From NCBI GenBank assembly GCA_044892525.1, contig CM097887.1:121870397-121934396 (forward strand): 64,000 nucleotides of DNA, written 5' to 3'. The first letter of the stretch is position 1. Each line of letters begins with the position of its first letter. The DNA is from Schmidtea polychroa (taxonomy: Eukaryota). This document shows, piece by piece, positions 63,501 to 64,000 of this stretch. Position numbers and translations under genes: made by a program. The notes beneath the pieces are model-generated. The model was not told the DNA's origin. It did no database searches and saw only the letters and a list, made by a program, of their open reading frames with translations.

Positions 63501-64000
63501 TTTAGAATAGTAATAAGAAGTTTATCGAATCAATTCAGTCAAATCAATCCCCAAATAAATCAGTCTAATCAAATCGATCCTCCAATAACCCAAAATCAAA
63601 TCAGCCTATCTAATCAATCCAATCGTCTTCATTCAAACAAATCAATGCACCCACATACGTCAGTTCACATGCATTCTCAAAGAACAAAACCTCAGCGAAA
63701 TCCTGAAACTCAGAAAATAAGGCAATATGTGCCGATGTTACAGAAACACTACCACAGTTTCTATAAAAACCTGCAAAATAAGATCAGCACAGATGGCACT
63801 CCCATTACTATTAGAAGTTTCCCCAACCAAGTATGCATTCCTAATGATATGAAAATTGAGATAGAAGAAAGGGAATTGCATCTCATCAAATTCAACGAAG
63901 CAAGAAGAGTCAAATTAAGAGAATTAATCGGAGCGTATGACAAATTCCCCAACGCAGAGGAGGCTGCAAGAGCTGGAAAGAAAGTGCCTTATAGAATTTT
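63501..64000 (+). CDS. N/Q/S-rich ORF open to the window end (first ATG 63645), putative accessory gene of the gypsy element
   Basis: Translated by hand, no stop from about 63501 to 64000; a candidate splice acceptor (ttgtttttag) ends at 63505. Missing from the ORF track because it is unterminated. Confidence 0.45.

Larger units (their letters stand above)
53401..64000 (+). mobile_element. Ty3/gypsy (Metaviridae-like) LTR retrotransposon with an envelope-like glycoprotein between gag and pol; 3' LTR lies beyond the window
   Basis: LTR-terminal CA (54118-54119) plus PBS; Gag CA and CCHC; PR-RT-RH-IN order with a GPY/F motif. The LTR start at TGTAGAAGG (53401) is only a guess. Confidence 0.9.

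Noticed and set aside
1-64000. Prokaryotic systems, rRNA or tRNA genes; species identification
   Set aside because: Spliceosomal introns and animal genes show a eukaryotic origin; no structural RNA gene was recognised (the PBSs are only tRNA complements); the host taxon cannot be fixed without a search.

Overview
AT-rich, intron-containing animal (invertebrate-like) draft-assembly scaffold with seven N gaps (about 11471-11690, 12359-12649, 14947-15158, 17476-17639, 21240-21737, 26990-27238, 33322-33528). Host genes: 5' part of G6PD (minus, 4 exons, runs off the left edge), a 3-exon 5-HT1-like GPCR, an intronless stomatin-family gene, ALKBH8 and one orphan 493-aa ORF. Much of the rest is mobile DNA. 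Most unusual: (1) a Ty3/gypsy LTR element (from about 53.4 kb to beyond the right edge) whose single reading frame is Gag(CCHC) - ubiquitin-like domain - AT-hook - internal signal peptide - chuvirus-like (class III-type) fusion glycoprotein - TM - PR - RT - RNase H - IN - second signal peptide and probably a second membrane protein, so the envelope sits BETWEEN gag and pol; (2) a young non-autonomous Bel/Pao element (about 21.7-27.0 kb) with a DUSP12/YVH1-like pseudophosphatase fragment inside both LTRs, tandem ubiquitins fused to Gag, and an acidic segment in place of RT/RH/IN; (3) a 3.06-kb mini-Polinton/Maverick with TIRs, a near-perfect 6-bp TSD and only the C-terminal half of PolB. Also present: a near-intact Buster-type hAT, decayed hATs, piggyBac and Zator-like deletion derivatives, two Penelope 3' ends each followed by a hammerhead-like motif, and a dispersed foldback repeat family. 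All family assignments come from motif recognition by eye; no searches were run.
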